Source: the human T2T-CHM13v2.0 reference genome, Homo sapiens
Length of the DNA: 64,000 nt
Reading direction: 5' to 3' (one strand)
NCBI RefSeq assembly: GCF_009914755.1
Contig: NC_060925.1
Under the pieces are notes generated by a model. The model was not told the DNA's origin. It worked only from the letters and a program-made list of their open reading frames with translations, and did not search any database. Below, piece by piece: positions 1 to 14,409 of the stretch. The position numbers and the translations under genes are program-made. How positions within the stretch are numbered: position 1 is the stretch's first letter; each line of letters opens with the position of its first letter.

Positions 1-246
<246 letters not shown>

Positions 247-266
247 CCCTATGCTCATTTTAATAG

Positions 267-607
<341 letters not shown>

Positions 608-654
608 CCCTGTGCTCATTTTAATAGCAAAAAGCACACCGCTGGATGGAGTTG

Positions 655-1325
<671 letters not shown>

Positions 1326-1329
1326 CTTT

Positions 1330-1335
1330 TCCTTT

Positions 1336-1367
<32 letters not shown>

Positions 1368-1632
1368 TTGAGACGGGGTCTCGTTCTGTCACCCAGGCTG
1401 GAGTGCAGTGGCATGAGGTGTGATCATGGCGTGACGTCAAGTGATCCTCCCACCTCAGCCTCCCTAGTTGCTGGGACTACATTCATGCACCCCCGCACCC
1501 AGCTAATTTTTGTATTTTTTGTAGAGACAGGGTTTTGCCATGTTGCCCAGGCTGGTCTCGAACTCCTGGGCCCAAGCAATCTGCCTGCCTCGGCCTCTCA
1601 AAGTGCTGGGATTACAGGCATGAGCCACTGCC
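1330..1632 (-). mobile_element. AluJ-like element with internal rearrangement
   Basis: Poly-T then antisense Alu with J-type features (tttttgtagagacagggttttgccatgttgcccagg). Confidence 0.9.
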
Positions 1633-1659
1633 TACTTTTATTTTGGACTTGCTCTCAAA

Positions 1660-2047
1660 TGAAGTCAGGAGCCTGAATGGGCCCTTGGCATCAGCAGGGC
1701 TGCACCCTCTCCATAGGGGAGGATCCTTCCTGGCCTCCTCCCACTCCTGGTAGCTGTTGTGCTCCTGGGCTTGTGGCTGCATCATGCTCTCTGTGCTCAC
1801 ATGGCTGTCCCCTCGGTGCGCCTGTGCCTTCTCTTTATTCTACCTCTGATCTCCCTCTGCCTCTCTCTGTTAAGGACCTTTGTCATTGGGCTTAGGGCCC
1901 ACTCAGGTCATCCAGGATGATCTCATCTTAGAATCCTTAATTTAATCACACTTGCAAAGACTCTTTTTCCCAATAAGGTCACAGTAATTGGTTCTGAGGA
2001 TGAGGACCTGGACATATCATTTGGGAGCCACTGTTCAGCCCACTACA
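1660..2047 (-). mobile_element. MLT1 (MaLR) solo LTR
   Basis: Typical motifs atccaggatgatctcatct, tgcaaagactctttttcccaataaggtcaca, ttcagcccactaca. Confidence 0.85.
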
Positions 2048-2354
2048 GCCTGGTAGAAGTTCCGCCCCTTCCCACCTCCTTTCTCCCCCTTGTGCGCTCC
2101 AGCCAAAGTAGTCTCCATGCAGTTCCCTAAACAATACCACCTCAGGGTGCCTTCAGATAAACCCATAGCCCATGTCCTTATTTCTTTCGAGTATTTGCTC
2201 CTATATCACCTGTCCAGTGAGGACTTCTTAGCCACCCTACTGAACTCCATGGAACACCCGATTGCAACTCCTCTTCCTTTCCTGCTTTATTTTTCTCCAC
2301 AGCATCTACTGCCTTTAACATCTATCATTTTACTTATTGCTTTTTATTTATGTC

Positions 2355-2655
2355 TTTTTTTGAGACAGGGTCTCACTCTGTCACCCAGGCTGGAGCGCAG
2401 TGGCGCGGATCTCGGCTCACTGCAGCCTCGACATCCCGGGCTCAAGCGATTTTCTCACCTCAGCCTCCTAAGTAGCTGGGATTTAGGAGTAGTAGGTGCA
2501 CACCGCCATGCTTGGCTAGTTTTTGTACTTTTTTGTAGAGACAGAGTCTTTCCATGTTGCCCAGGATGGTCTCAAACTCCTGAGCTCAAGCTATCTGCCC
2601 ACCTCAGCTTCCCAAAGTGCTGGGACTTATAAGCGTGAACCATTGTGCTCAGCCC
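2355..2655 (-). mobile_element. AluJ inserted within L2 remnants (~2130-2790)
   Basis: Antisense Alu. Flanks resemble an L2 3' end (gcagggactttgttttgttcattg...acagtaggtgctcaa). Confidence 0.88.
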
Positions 2656-4751
2656 ATTTTACTTATGTGTTTATCATTGCCCACCAAAAATGAACCTCCA
2701 TGCAGGCAGGGACTTTGTTTTGTTCATTGGTCTATTATCCCCTGCATCTAAAATTGTGCCTAATACAGTAGGTGCTCAAAATCCACTTGCTGACTACACA
2801 AGTAAATGGGCAAAGCACTGTGCTATGCTGGGAATAGAGCAGTGGCCAACTGAATGCACCCCCTGCACCCTCAGAACTTACCTGGTTGGGAGGCAGTTGG
2901 AATCTCGATGTCTGCCTTGCTGTCCTCTCCTTCAGAGGAGATGATCAATGGAGAAGGCCATGCATTGGCCGAGGCCAGGGAGATGAGTTTCCGTCATCTT
3001 GAGCAAGAACTATTGGGAGCACCTCCTGTGTGCCAGGCCGGAAGCCAGCAGGTAAATGAGATGGGACCCAGGAGGGCCACTGTCCTGTCTGCCTTGCTCC
3101 TCATTGTAGCCCTAGCACCCAGTGCATCTTAGGTGCTCAGCAGAGATGTCTTGAATGAATGAGTCACTTCTGCCCTAAATATGAGACGATGCATGGGATA
3201 AATCAAGGTAAGTGCCCAGTACTGGCCCAGAATTGAAGTCCTCGGTCTGTAACAAGAGTGTGCTGCACAAAGGGGTCCCTCGCCTAGGTACGAGGTGACA
3301 CACAGGGACACCATCAATGTGTCTCAGCAGCAAACCCTCCTGAGAAGCAGCTGTTCCACCAGCTGATGTTGCCCCCTTGGCTTTGCGGACCCCTGGGCCA
3401 GTATCCCAGGCTGCTGTGGAGGGGCCCTCTGGCTGGCGGTGGGTCTCCCCCTGAGGGAGGCCTTAGAACTCTCCGGTGGAGGGAGCAATTCTCCGCTCAT
3501 GATCACCGGGATGCTGAGCCTAGAACAACGGACTGAAGGGCATGTCACCCATTAAGGGCTGAACCTCTCACCCAGGAAATCACAAATCACTGCCTCATCT
3601 GTTGTCCCCTCTGCCACCTGCAGTTCCAACCTGGCCCTGCTGCTGGCTGCCAGCTGCACCCAGCTCCCCAGGGGCTGTCTTCAGCAGCTCATAGAGGCTG
3701 CTCGGAGCCTGTTCCAGCCTGTAAGGGAGAAGAGAGCAGGTGGCTGGGGCCTGGCCATGGTGTTCCCAAGGCTGCTTGCAGAACACACTTTCTCTGTCCT
3801 CTTCCAGGCCCATGCCTGACATCAGTGCCCACGAAGAGTGACACAGGCCCATTCACCTGCAGCACCTGGGACCAGAGATCTAGAGCCAGGCCAGGCTCCC
3901 ACTCCTGGGGGACAACTGGGCAGGGGATCCCAGTCAGCTATTTGCTCTCAGACACCCTCAGGCTTGGAGTCTGTCTGGGGAAAGAAAGCTGACATCCGCA
4001 TCTGGCTTCTTAGCAGCAGGTAGGGCCCGGGCCTCACAGGCAGCTTCCCCGCCACTGTCTCCCATCGTCTGTCCTACCCAAGGGAGGCCAGGCTCCGTGT
4101 CTCCCACAGGCAGGATGTGAAGGACAAGCTGCCCGCCTGCCCGCTGCAGCCTGGCAGGCTTGTCAAAGGCAGTAATTGTCGGGAGAAATTTGCCAGTGGA
4201 GTGAAATAAAGAGTCTTGAAGGCATAAAGCATCGGAGCCGCCGATAAGAAGCTGTTTTATATACACTTTCTTTCCCTGGGGTGGAACCAGAACACAGGGA
4301 CTTTTTTTTCTGGTCATTTGAGCCAATGCTTTTATGCCCGAAGAAGGCCAGTTTGGGTGTGAGGGAGATTAATGGTGGAACAGCCAGCCACCACGGAAGC
4401 CTTGTGGGTGTGGGGGGTGTCTGTCTGCCCAGGGCCCCCATGGTGGCCGGAGGGTTTCCTGCCCTCTTTGCCTGCCTCTGAGAGCACCCTCAGAGCTACC
4501 CGAAGCCCGGAGCCCTCTGGTCCCCAGCTTCCCTGCTGCACCATTTCCTGTGATCATCTCCACCCACCCAGCTCCAGAACTAGGGGCTGGGCCAGGCAGG
4601 TCCAGGGGCTTCACTTCTGCTTCCCCTAGTAGGGTACGAGGGAAGATGAATGGATTCCCTACTGCGCCCTGTAGTTCCCCATCTTTTCCACCTTGAGGGC
4701 CCCTCTCCTTTTATATAATTTGGTTTAGGTGATGCAGGTTCATGGTGGAAT

Positions 4752-5053
4752 TATTATTATTATTTTTTTTTGAGATGGAGTCTCGCTCTGTAGCCCAGGC
4801 CGGAGTGCAGTGGCACAATCTCGGCTCACTGCAAACTCTGCTTCCCAGGTTCAAGTGATTCTCCTGCCTTAGCCTCCTGAGTAGCTGAGATTACAGGTGC
4901 CTGCCACCACACCTGGCTAATTTTTGTATTTTTAGTAGACATGGGGTTTTGCCATATTGGCCAGGCTAGTCTTGAACTCCTGACCTTCAGGGATCTGCCT
5001 GTCTCGGCTTCCCAAAGTGCTGGGATTACAGGTGTGAGCCACTGTGCCCGGCC
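4752..5053 (-). mobile_element. AluS
   Basis: Full antisense Alu with TSD catggtggaat (4741-4751 and 5054-5064). Confidence 0.95.
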
Positions 5054-6443
5054 CATGGTGGAATATTGAGAAAAGGTATGAGCACAAAGGAAAAAAATTA
5101 AAATTGCTATAAACCTTTTCACTATTGTGGGCTGTGGTTTTCCTGGGCTTTCTTCCTATATCTTTACAAACACGGGCTTTGCTATACCTGTTTCTTTGTG
5201 AGCTGCTCCTGCCCACCGCCTAACACGATGATGAGCATCGTCTGTGAAGCCTCCTCCATTCGGCATCCATCTGGTCCATGGGGCCCCACATGACATTAGC
5301 TGTGCTTTCTCATTCATTGATTGAGAACATTCAATATGATGGCAGCGACTATGAATCCAGCCAACATGCATACATCAACTTTCCCTTCGTGAATCACAAC
5401 AGCATCTTAATGCCCTTGAAAATGCTCTTATGTAGATGAGCGAGGCACATTATTTATTTCATCTGTAGGCAATCGTGACTGTGTGTGTAGTAGACCCCTT
5501 GTAATCAGTTGGTCACCTCTTGGGCTCCGTGGACACCCTGGGTTGAGAGGAGCTGGAGAAAGTGCCCAGTGTGTGTGGTGGGGTTTGGGAAGGGATGGGC
5601 TTGGACCTGCAGAGTGGCCCACATATAGATGGGTTCACTTGAAACGTGATTTGTGGTTTGCTGTTATTTGCTTCCAAATTCCCTCTTCTCCTAGTCTGAG
5701 TTCCTTGGGGGAAGGTGGTGTTTCTGGACCTCTCTCCCAGCCCCCTTCCTCTCCACTCCAGGAATGACCTGGGGCAGGTAACCTACTAACCAACTCCTGG
5801 TGATCCACTCCCTTCAACATCAGCATAGACAGCTGGCTGGACAGTCAGGGAGGGAGACGCAAGACAGGGCAGTTTGGTGGGTGAGAGAGTTGAAAAGGCT
5901 GTGGGCATGGAGGACCTAGGAGGGTCGGCTAGGTGGGGCACTACAGGGGGGGCCAGAGGACAGCCTTCGAAATGGAAGGAGGAGAATCCCCAGGTAGAAA
6001 TTTCCAGAAGTGGAGGTGGGAAGACACGGAGATCCAGCCTTTTTCAGGGTTTGACCAGTAGCCAGCAAGAATATAGAATCTCCACGCTGGGCTCAGAAAC
6101 TCCTTAACTCCTCCCTAGGGAAAGAAGTCTCCTCTGTCAGGCCCACAGCAGAGAGTGATCCTGCTGCTGCTGAAGATCTTTCTAGAACAAATCAGACCCC
6201 ACCACTCCCCTCCAATGGCTTCCATTGCTCCTAGACTCAAATAAACTCCTAATGACAGTTCATGGGACCCAACAGATTCGGCCCCTGCCTGCCTCTTCCA
6301 CCTTACTCTGTATCTCTTCTCCTCCCCTATATCCCAGCCCCAGGGACCTCTTTGCTGTCCCTCAAACCCTCGAACCCTGAGCCCTGTCCTGCCCCAGGCC
6401 CATTGCACCAGCTGTTCAAACCTCTGTCAAGAACACTCTTTCT

Positions 6444-6794
<351 letters not shown>

Positions 6795-9083
6795 TTATAC
6801 GCCACTTCCTTGTGTTTAGGCCGGTCCTGTCCACCATGGTAGAGCAGCCAGCCTGTCCTTTCTTCTCAGCTCACTCTACTTTCACTGTCTGTGCCACTAT
6901 TTATTAAAAACCATTTGGTTTTTAACTTGTTTACACATTGATCATACATCTCTTTCTCTACTATAAGATCCACAAGAACTGCTGGAGCCGTAGCACAGTG
7001 TCCAGAATATAGTAGGTGCTGAATAAATACCTGTGGAATGAATGGATAAACATGTGAGGCAGCCCATTGTGCTTTGGGAAACTTGTTTGTTGGAACAGAC
7101 ATAGATGGGAGGGAGAGGTGTCATTTCAAGTGCTGGGGCCACTTGATTGGTAGGGGCTGCCTAGAGCACTAGGCTGAAAAAGGGTTTGAGGTCACAGTTG
7201 GCCTCTGTGAGAGAGAGGACTGTGATCAATTAGTAATGCCTGCCACGGGCATACAGTCAGGAACAATGGCACATGTGCCACATATCTGACACATCAGGAT
7301 TAGACTGGAAGCCCCCTGGAAAGAAAGTACAGCCTTCTTATTCTTCTTTGTGGCACCCTAGCAGCGGGCATGAGCTAGGTGCTTGGCCATGACTGAGGCT
7401 GGCTGATTGGCCAACTGAGACTTACTCAACTTTGAGGCCTGGGCTCCTGAAGAGACAGGAGAAAACATCTAAGCCAGTGGTTTTCAATTTTTAAAAAAAC
7501 CTGCAGTGTTCTTTCTTCAAAGGACATTTTACATGAAGCTCAAGATATTAGCAGATGAAAGCAAAGCTACTCTGGCTGAAGCTGGGTTTGGGGCCCAGAG
7601 CCCTGCCTGCTTGCTCCACCCCTGCCCAAACAAAGCCATCTCTGAGATACCTTCAAGGAACCTGATGGCTTCCCAGAGCCCAGTCTGAGAACCACGGATG
7701 AGGAAACCAAGATCCAGAGCGGGGAAATGACTAACCCAAGGTCACACTGCAACTAGAACTGAAAATTGAGTGGCTTTTCCAGACTCCCAGCTTAGTGCTC
7801 TTTCTACCACATCTCCGGGGTCTCACCCAGGGCAGGTGGCCTCAGCTGTGGGCTGGGCTTTGGGGCCAAGAAAGGACATCCCCCACCTCCTTGGGGCTCG
7901 GTAGTCACCTGGCCAGCCATCTCTCCCCAGACCCTGAGACAGAGAGCACCTGCCCCTCCCAGCACGGCCCCAGCCGGGGTGGTGGGCATCTGCTTTTTTG
8001 ATCTTGCTCCCGGAGCCCTGGGGTGTGTTGGAAAACAGCTCTCTCTCCCCGACAGTGCTTTATTAATTAAAGCATTTCCCCTCTTTGGTAGCAGCTGCTT
8101 CAAAAGAGATCAGTGAATGTTTAATTCATTGGTTCCGAGCTGCTCCCCCAAACTCCCCCCAACACCTCCTTCCTTCAAAGTGCTTTCATGGGAAACCCTC
8201 CCAGCACGAGGGCTGTTTCCCTGCTTTTCCGCAGAGCTGCCAAGCTGCCTCTCCCGCCACGCTCCTCCTCAGCTAGCTGAAAATGATTTGTTATTCAGCT
8301 CAAGAAATCTATAAGGAACGAGCAAGGCTGGGTGCAAGCCCAGGTTCTCCTCCTTGAGATAGTTTAAAAGGCTGTGATTTGTCAAATTACTACATGAGTA
8401 TTTAACGATCATCTTCCTTGGCCACTTAGAGGCAAAAAATGAGGCCATTGATTACCAACGATTCTGATTAGAGGCTGTGGCTCTCCAAGGTGTGTGTGTG
8501 TGTGGGGCGGGTGCTGCCGGCATGAGGGCATCTCTGGGAGGGAACCTCCATCCTCTCACAGCTGTGGCCAGCAGAATAGAAGGGCCCTGTTACCCTGGGC
8601 CAAGCTGTGGGCTCATCTCCAGCAGGGTCGCATGGGGCCAGTGAAGGGGTGATCACTTTCTGTGGGAGCTTGCAGACCACACTGGGTTTGTCTGCACACC
8701 TGTACACACGCTGGGGTTCCCATCCCCACCTCAACTTCGTGAGCTCTTGAAAGATCCAGTTTGAGTTGGGTGGCTGGGTGTGCAGAAACCCTGTCAAGAC
8801 TGGGACACGTGAGCCCATTTTCTACTGCCTATGTGAGCTCTGCTGCGTAAACTTGAGGATGGGGAGAGACCCGGTCCATAGGAGCCACGTTCAGCCCTTC
8901 CCACCTTTTGATCCTCCTTGGACACCCCTACCCCCAATTCATGGTGTTCCCTTGAACTATGCCTTCCATGGGTATGTCCCAGGATTATGTCCAATTCCTC
9001 TTTCTCTACCGCCCATTGTGGAATGTGTACAGTAGTGACACCGTAATGTCAACCAACTTTATAACCAGAAGCAAATCCCATGC

Positions 9084-9162
9084 AACTCTAACCCTAACAA
9101 CCCTAACCCTAACCCTAACCCCAACAACCCTAACCCTAACCCTAACCCTAAGTTTAGGGTTA
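9084..9162. repeat. Short interstitial telomeric sequence (CCCTAA)n with inverted TTAGGGTTA
   Basis: Eight perfect CCCTAA units plus two variant hexamers, then gt-TTAGGGTTA. Confidence 0.9.
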
Positions 9163-10075
9163 CCATGGGCAGACCACCTGGGGCATACCTCACCATGGAT
9201 GGGGACAAAACAGGGGCCTCAACCCTGGAGTTGGGACCCACTGAATCAGTTGGGGGAGCTCCATGGTCCCACCACATGGACTCCTCAGTCAGTACATTCC
9301 ATCTACCCACTGGCCTGGTCATCCCACCAAGCAGAAAACCCGGCTGGTGGCCCTGCCACACCCAAAACCTTGGAAGGTATTCATGAGAATCTTAGAAAAG
9401 GTAGCAAGAGGAACCAGTATCCACTGGGCACTTAGCATATGTAGTTGCTGTGCACAGCGGGTGACAGTCATTAGCTCACTGAGTCCTTGCCCAACCCTGG
9501 GAGGCAGGTGCCACTTGGTGGCTGAGTGAACTCAGGCAGGTTGAGACTTTGTAACTGCTCAGCCACTCAGGATAGGGAGGCAAGCCTGGATTGGCACCCA
9601 CGTCTGTCTGACCCCACGCAGGGCTGCTAACAAGGATTGCTTCATCAGACCTGGCAGGGCAGCTTCATGCCAACACCAGCCACACAGGGTGGGACGCAAG
9701 CTTGTCATTCTGGGCAGCATCAGGCTGGGTAAGGGCACAGTTCCGGGATCAGGCAGATTGGGTTCAGATCCTGGGCCCGACACCTAACAACAGCCGTGTG
9801 GCCCTGTGCCAGTTACTAAACTGCTTTCTGCCTCAGTTTCCTCCACTGTCAAAGATACCGCCAGGGCTCACCGCCTAAGGTCACCATGAAGATTCCTTTA
9901 CTCAGGCAATACATATTCAGCAAGTGCCCAATATGTTCTAGAAGGATCCCTGCCTTGGCCTGGTGGTGGGAGGTGAACAACATGCATATTAAGTAAGTGG
10001 ACGATGAGATGGGTTAAAAGGGAGAGCAGAAGAGGGCAGAACTAGGATTCCGAATGCTGGAGGCAGGGCAGGGTC

Positions 10076-10113
10076 GTGTGTGTGTGTGTGTGCGCACGCA
10101 CACGCGGGCGTGT
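10076..10113. repeat. (TG)n/(CG) dinucleotide tract
   Basis: gtgtgtgtgtgtgtgtgcgcacgcacacgc. Confidence 0.8.
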
Positions 10114-10699
10114 GCTTGTCCTGTTCACTGGGGATGGAGCAGCCATGTCCCAGAATCAAAGCAGGGAGGTCAGGCCACAGGGAGAAGGAGAGAGCCAGCC
10201 CAGTGGGTCAAGCAGACATCCGTGGAAAGAGTGGCCCAGCCAGAGGGAACAGCCAGTGCAAAGCCTGAAGGAGCATGCCCCGGGTGTTTGAGGTCAGCGT
10301 GGCTGGAGCAGAGAGCGTGAGAGCATCCCATGAAATAAGCAAACCAGGGAACATCAGGGGTCTTTGTAAGGACCTTGGCTTTACTCTGAGTGGAACTGAG
10401 GCGACGAGCCTAGGTGAAGTGCTGCGTGCAGCGCCTGGCACAAGGAGTGCTGGTAAATATTAGTTACTCTTTATTAATCCTTTTCAGTAATTCTCTTTTG
10501 TGTAAAGGGACTGGGTGAGATGCCAGTGCAGGCTTGCAGAGAAGTTCCCCTCTTGCTCCTGGAAGCAAATCGACCAATTAGAGGCTTGTCCCATTGTGTG
10601 GGAGTTTATTTTCCTGTTCTTGGAATAGAGAGTGGCTTCTTGGTTCAGCTTCCCACTGACAACAAGTGGATTTAATAAAGTGAGGGCTCTCCGCACTGG

Positions 10700-10926
10700 G
10701 CAGGAGAGGTGGGTGAGCAAGGAGGAGGAGGGAAGGGGGAAGGAGAGGAGGAGAAGAAGGAAGGAGATGAGGAGAAGGGAGGAGAGGAGAAAGAGGGAAG
10801 AAAGAGGCAGAGGAAGAGAAAGAGGAAGAGAGGAGACAGGAGGAGAGAGGAGGAGGAAGATGAGGGAGGAGGAGGAAAATGAGGGAGGAGGAGAGGGAAG
10901 GAGGAGTGGGGAAGGGAGAAGAGGAA
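10700..10926. repeat. GA-rich polypurine low-complexity tract
   Basis: About 220 nt of almost exclusively G/A (gga, gaa, gag units). Confidence 0.9.
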
Positions 10927-12099
10927 ACGCCATAGAAGAGCTGAGATGTCACGCAGCCCCCTCAGCTTGGGGATCCCCACATGGCTCCCTCCCTGTGGGG
11001 CTCTGCATGAGTTTCAAAGAGGTGGTTATTTTGGGTGGCAGCGTGATTGGGAGCTTGGAAAGCAGGAAATTGAGTGGTGATTAAGGTTGTAATAAGTTGA
11101 CAACACCAAATATCATTACTCTGAGAACATGCAAATGATCACGTCTTTACTCGGGATTTGCCATGCAAATACCAATTAACTGGGAATGTATTTGCCTTGA
11201 TATGGGGAGGCTGGTTCTCCTTCCAATGCCCCCCTACTGTCCCCACAAGAGAGTAAACAAACAGAAGGGGCATCGTGGCAGCATGGAGGAAGGGGGCCAC
11301 AGTGAATGTCACCAGCAGAGGAGAATGAAGAGCCAGGGGCCCCACCTAGCCAGGGTCGGGTGACTGCTGGCCTTGTGGAAGGCTGCCAGAAACTCTGGCC
11401 TAGAAGTCCCCTGTCCCAGGCTCTGCCTTCCACGCTGGTCTCTGGGGCTGATAGGAGCCCCTGGAGCTTCTTGTCTCTGTCCCAGGCCATGTCCCTGCTG
11501 CATGCCAACCTGTGTGGCTTTTGTAGCCGAGCTCACTTTCTGCAGCTTGGAGGCACGTAGCTGATGATGCCCCATGGAGGAGGAATCTGGAATGAGACAC
11601 GTGGCAGTTCTGAGCCATGGCCTAAGGGTCCTCACACTACTATGTCTTGGGGACCCTCTGAAAGGTCCTGGACAAATGGCAGGGAGGCCGTGGACAGGAG
11701 CCCCGACATTTCCTTCTCCTGGCCAGAGATTTGCCACTGCTTCTGCTCCCCACAAACCTTGCACAAAGAAGCACCATTGCCTATACTGCGATGGATATGG
11801 CATGCTGCCTGCCCTCAGGAGCTTCCAGTCTCATTTGTTAAGCAGAAGTAACAGTGGCCGGGGACAGCAGATGATAGGTGTGAGCTGAGTGGTGCCCACA
11901 GGAATGGCCTAGGCTGCTGGAGGGATGAACTTGCTTTTTGCTCTGGTTGCATAAGGTGGTACAAGAGTTTGGCTGAGCCCTGAGTGGGGAGTGAGAAAAA
12001 GGGAGAGGTGGAGGGAGGGGGCTCTCAGTGGGAAGAATGGCAAAGGCAAGATTTGGAGGTTAGGGAATTCATGCTGTGCTCTAGGGCCAATGAGTCCCA

Positions 12100-12310
12100 C
12101 ATCCATTCATCCTATCCAACCACCCAGCTATCCAGTCCTAATCTACCCAAACCAACACACCAACCCCTTTACCCAACCACCTTCCCACATACCACCCAAC
12201 CCACCCATCCAAGCCACCAGCCTAACCCAACCCCACATCTGTCATCAACCCACCAGCTCACCTCACCAGCATGAGCCAGCTCTTCCACCCACCACCCAAC
12301 CCACCAGCCC
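12100..12310. repeat. Degenerate (CCAAC/CCAC)-rich simple repeat
   Basis: Recurrent cccaaccaccc, ccaacccacc, acccaacccacc. Confidence 0.7.
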
Positions 12311-14409
12311 AGGGGAAGAGCATGAACTCCGGGGTAGATGGCTGGGGTTCAATTCTTGACTCTGTCACTTTCTGCTGTGGAGTCTTAGGCAACTTTCTTA
12401 ACATTTCTGTGTCTCAGAGTTGTTGTCTTTGAAATGAGGGTGATGATCATATGTGAGTTATTGTAAGGAGCTGATGGCATCTTGGGCCAACGCACAGCAT
12501 CCCAGGCACAGCATCTGGGAGGTAGCGAGTACTCACTCTACAGTCGCACTTGCTGTGTAGCTTGATGTGATTTATTTCAAAGCTGGTGGGGCCCATTAGG
12601 GAGGGGAGCACTGGGGCTGAAGCTGAGCTGGAGAAAGTTAAGCCATAGGGAACTTTAAAAAGGTTAAGCAGAAGGATCAGATGCCTGGGCTGGGGGCCCA
12701 CCAGGCCATTTGTCTGGGCCCAAATCTGGTAGCGGGGAGATGGATACCTGGAGGCTCTCCCATCATCCCACCCCTCCTGGTGGGCCTCCTTGGGAAGCTG
12801 GGCATCCGGCGTTTGTCAGCCAGGAACTCATTCTCATATCTAAACCTCTCCCTTGTATCTAAACATTTTGCTGATGGGCACAGCCCCAGCCAACCAGCCT
12901 GGGCAGGGCAGCGGGGAGCAGCCCCGCTCAAGTCTGTAGATCTTTCTTCCCTCTCTGAGACCCCAGCTGGCCCAACCCTCTTCCACCCCATATCCCATCA
13001 GGCTCCTGCAGAAGGAAAGGAAGGTTTCCTGCAGCCCATATCCAGCCAGAAGCCTCCAGTGGCTCCCATCTAGCTGCCTCAAGAAATGCTTTTGATCATC
13101 TAAATCCAGGTTGTATTAATTCAACAAATCCCTTAAATTCCCAGAGATTTTCTCTGATGTCTAAAGGAGGTCCCTTCCCCGGCTCCTTGGGCGTCTTCCT
13201 CTGAGGCTTCCCAGCATCCTCCTGGCTCTGCAGCCACTCAGGCCAAGGAAGGTCGGTGACTGGAGAGAAGCTTCCCTGGGGTAGGAACCAGGCAGCCATG
13301 GCTGCCCGGTTTGGGGGTTATAGTGCCCACCCCACAGCTCTTGGACGGGTGGGGGCTGACCCTGTGGGTTATTAGCCCCAGGCTGCCTGGCTGGCAGAGC
13401 TATTACAAGGCACAGTGCAATTTCATGCCCTGTTTCCTCCTTCCTTGGTCTGCAGTTTCTGCTCTATTTGTCCAAAATGAACAGAGATGAAGTGGAATGA
13501 ATTACAGTCTCTCCTTCTCCTCTCTGCTGTCTTCCTTCCCTTCCTCTCTCTGCCTCCTTGGTACTCCCAGCCAGTCCCTCGGCCCCCGCTCCCTCTCCTC
13601 TGCTCAATCTTCTTTTCCTCATGCTCCCTCCCTCCTGGATCGGTTAAAATCCGTGACTCTGCCCCGCACTCTCCCACTCACTCATGGAACCACTCAGCAA
13701 ACATTCACTGAGCCACACATCAGGGTCCCTGCCATCCCCTTTGCCATCCCACCTGCCTGGGCAGAGGGCTGCCTGGGCCCACGTCAGGCCATGAGGGTGC
13801 TGATGTCTCCAGGAGCCCCCATATGCCCCACTGACTCCCCTGGAAGGTGGGGGTGACACTCTCTCTAGCTCTGAGTGCCGCATCCCTATGTCAACTCTGA
13901 TAGTCATGGCTGGACAGCTGGCCCTAGGGTACCCTAGGTATGCCAGGGTCACTGCCAGCCAAATCCTGGCCTCCAATGCTAACCACCAGTCAGGGGCTAG
14001 CGCTGGCCCCCAACCACAGCCTCTCAAGCCCTTGGAGTAGATATATCTGGGGGTTGGCCCAGCCCAGCCCGTCCTCTCTGCGAACTGTGCCGTCACCTGA
14101 GTGCTAAGTCCCTCAGGAGGGTGTGCTTTGCCCGGCCTCGGAGGTGAGCCAGATCAGGAGTGTGTGTACCAGTCCAGGCAGGCCCCACAGCCTCCTTACA
14201 GAGGTGGGCAGTCAGGCCCCGGGAGGTTCTGCTCTGTCTCTGAAGGGCAGACTGGGGTGAACTGGGGTGCAGTGCAAAGCTGAGACTTTGGTGACCTCAT
14301 CTGACTCTCAGCTTGGGACAAAGGGCAGGCTAGTGGGTGGAGAGAAGGCACAAAACCGAGTGGGCAAGGGGTCAGAGGAGAGGGATGCTCTGCGAGCTGA
14401 GGGGCAGGA

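Noticed and set aside
9084-9162. Ancestral telomere-fusion site
   Set aside because: Wrong polarity, very short, and no subtelomeric flanking sequence.
8959-9435. 158-aa ORF containing TLTLTL
   Set aside because: Reads through the telomeric repeat; no coding signals.
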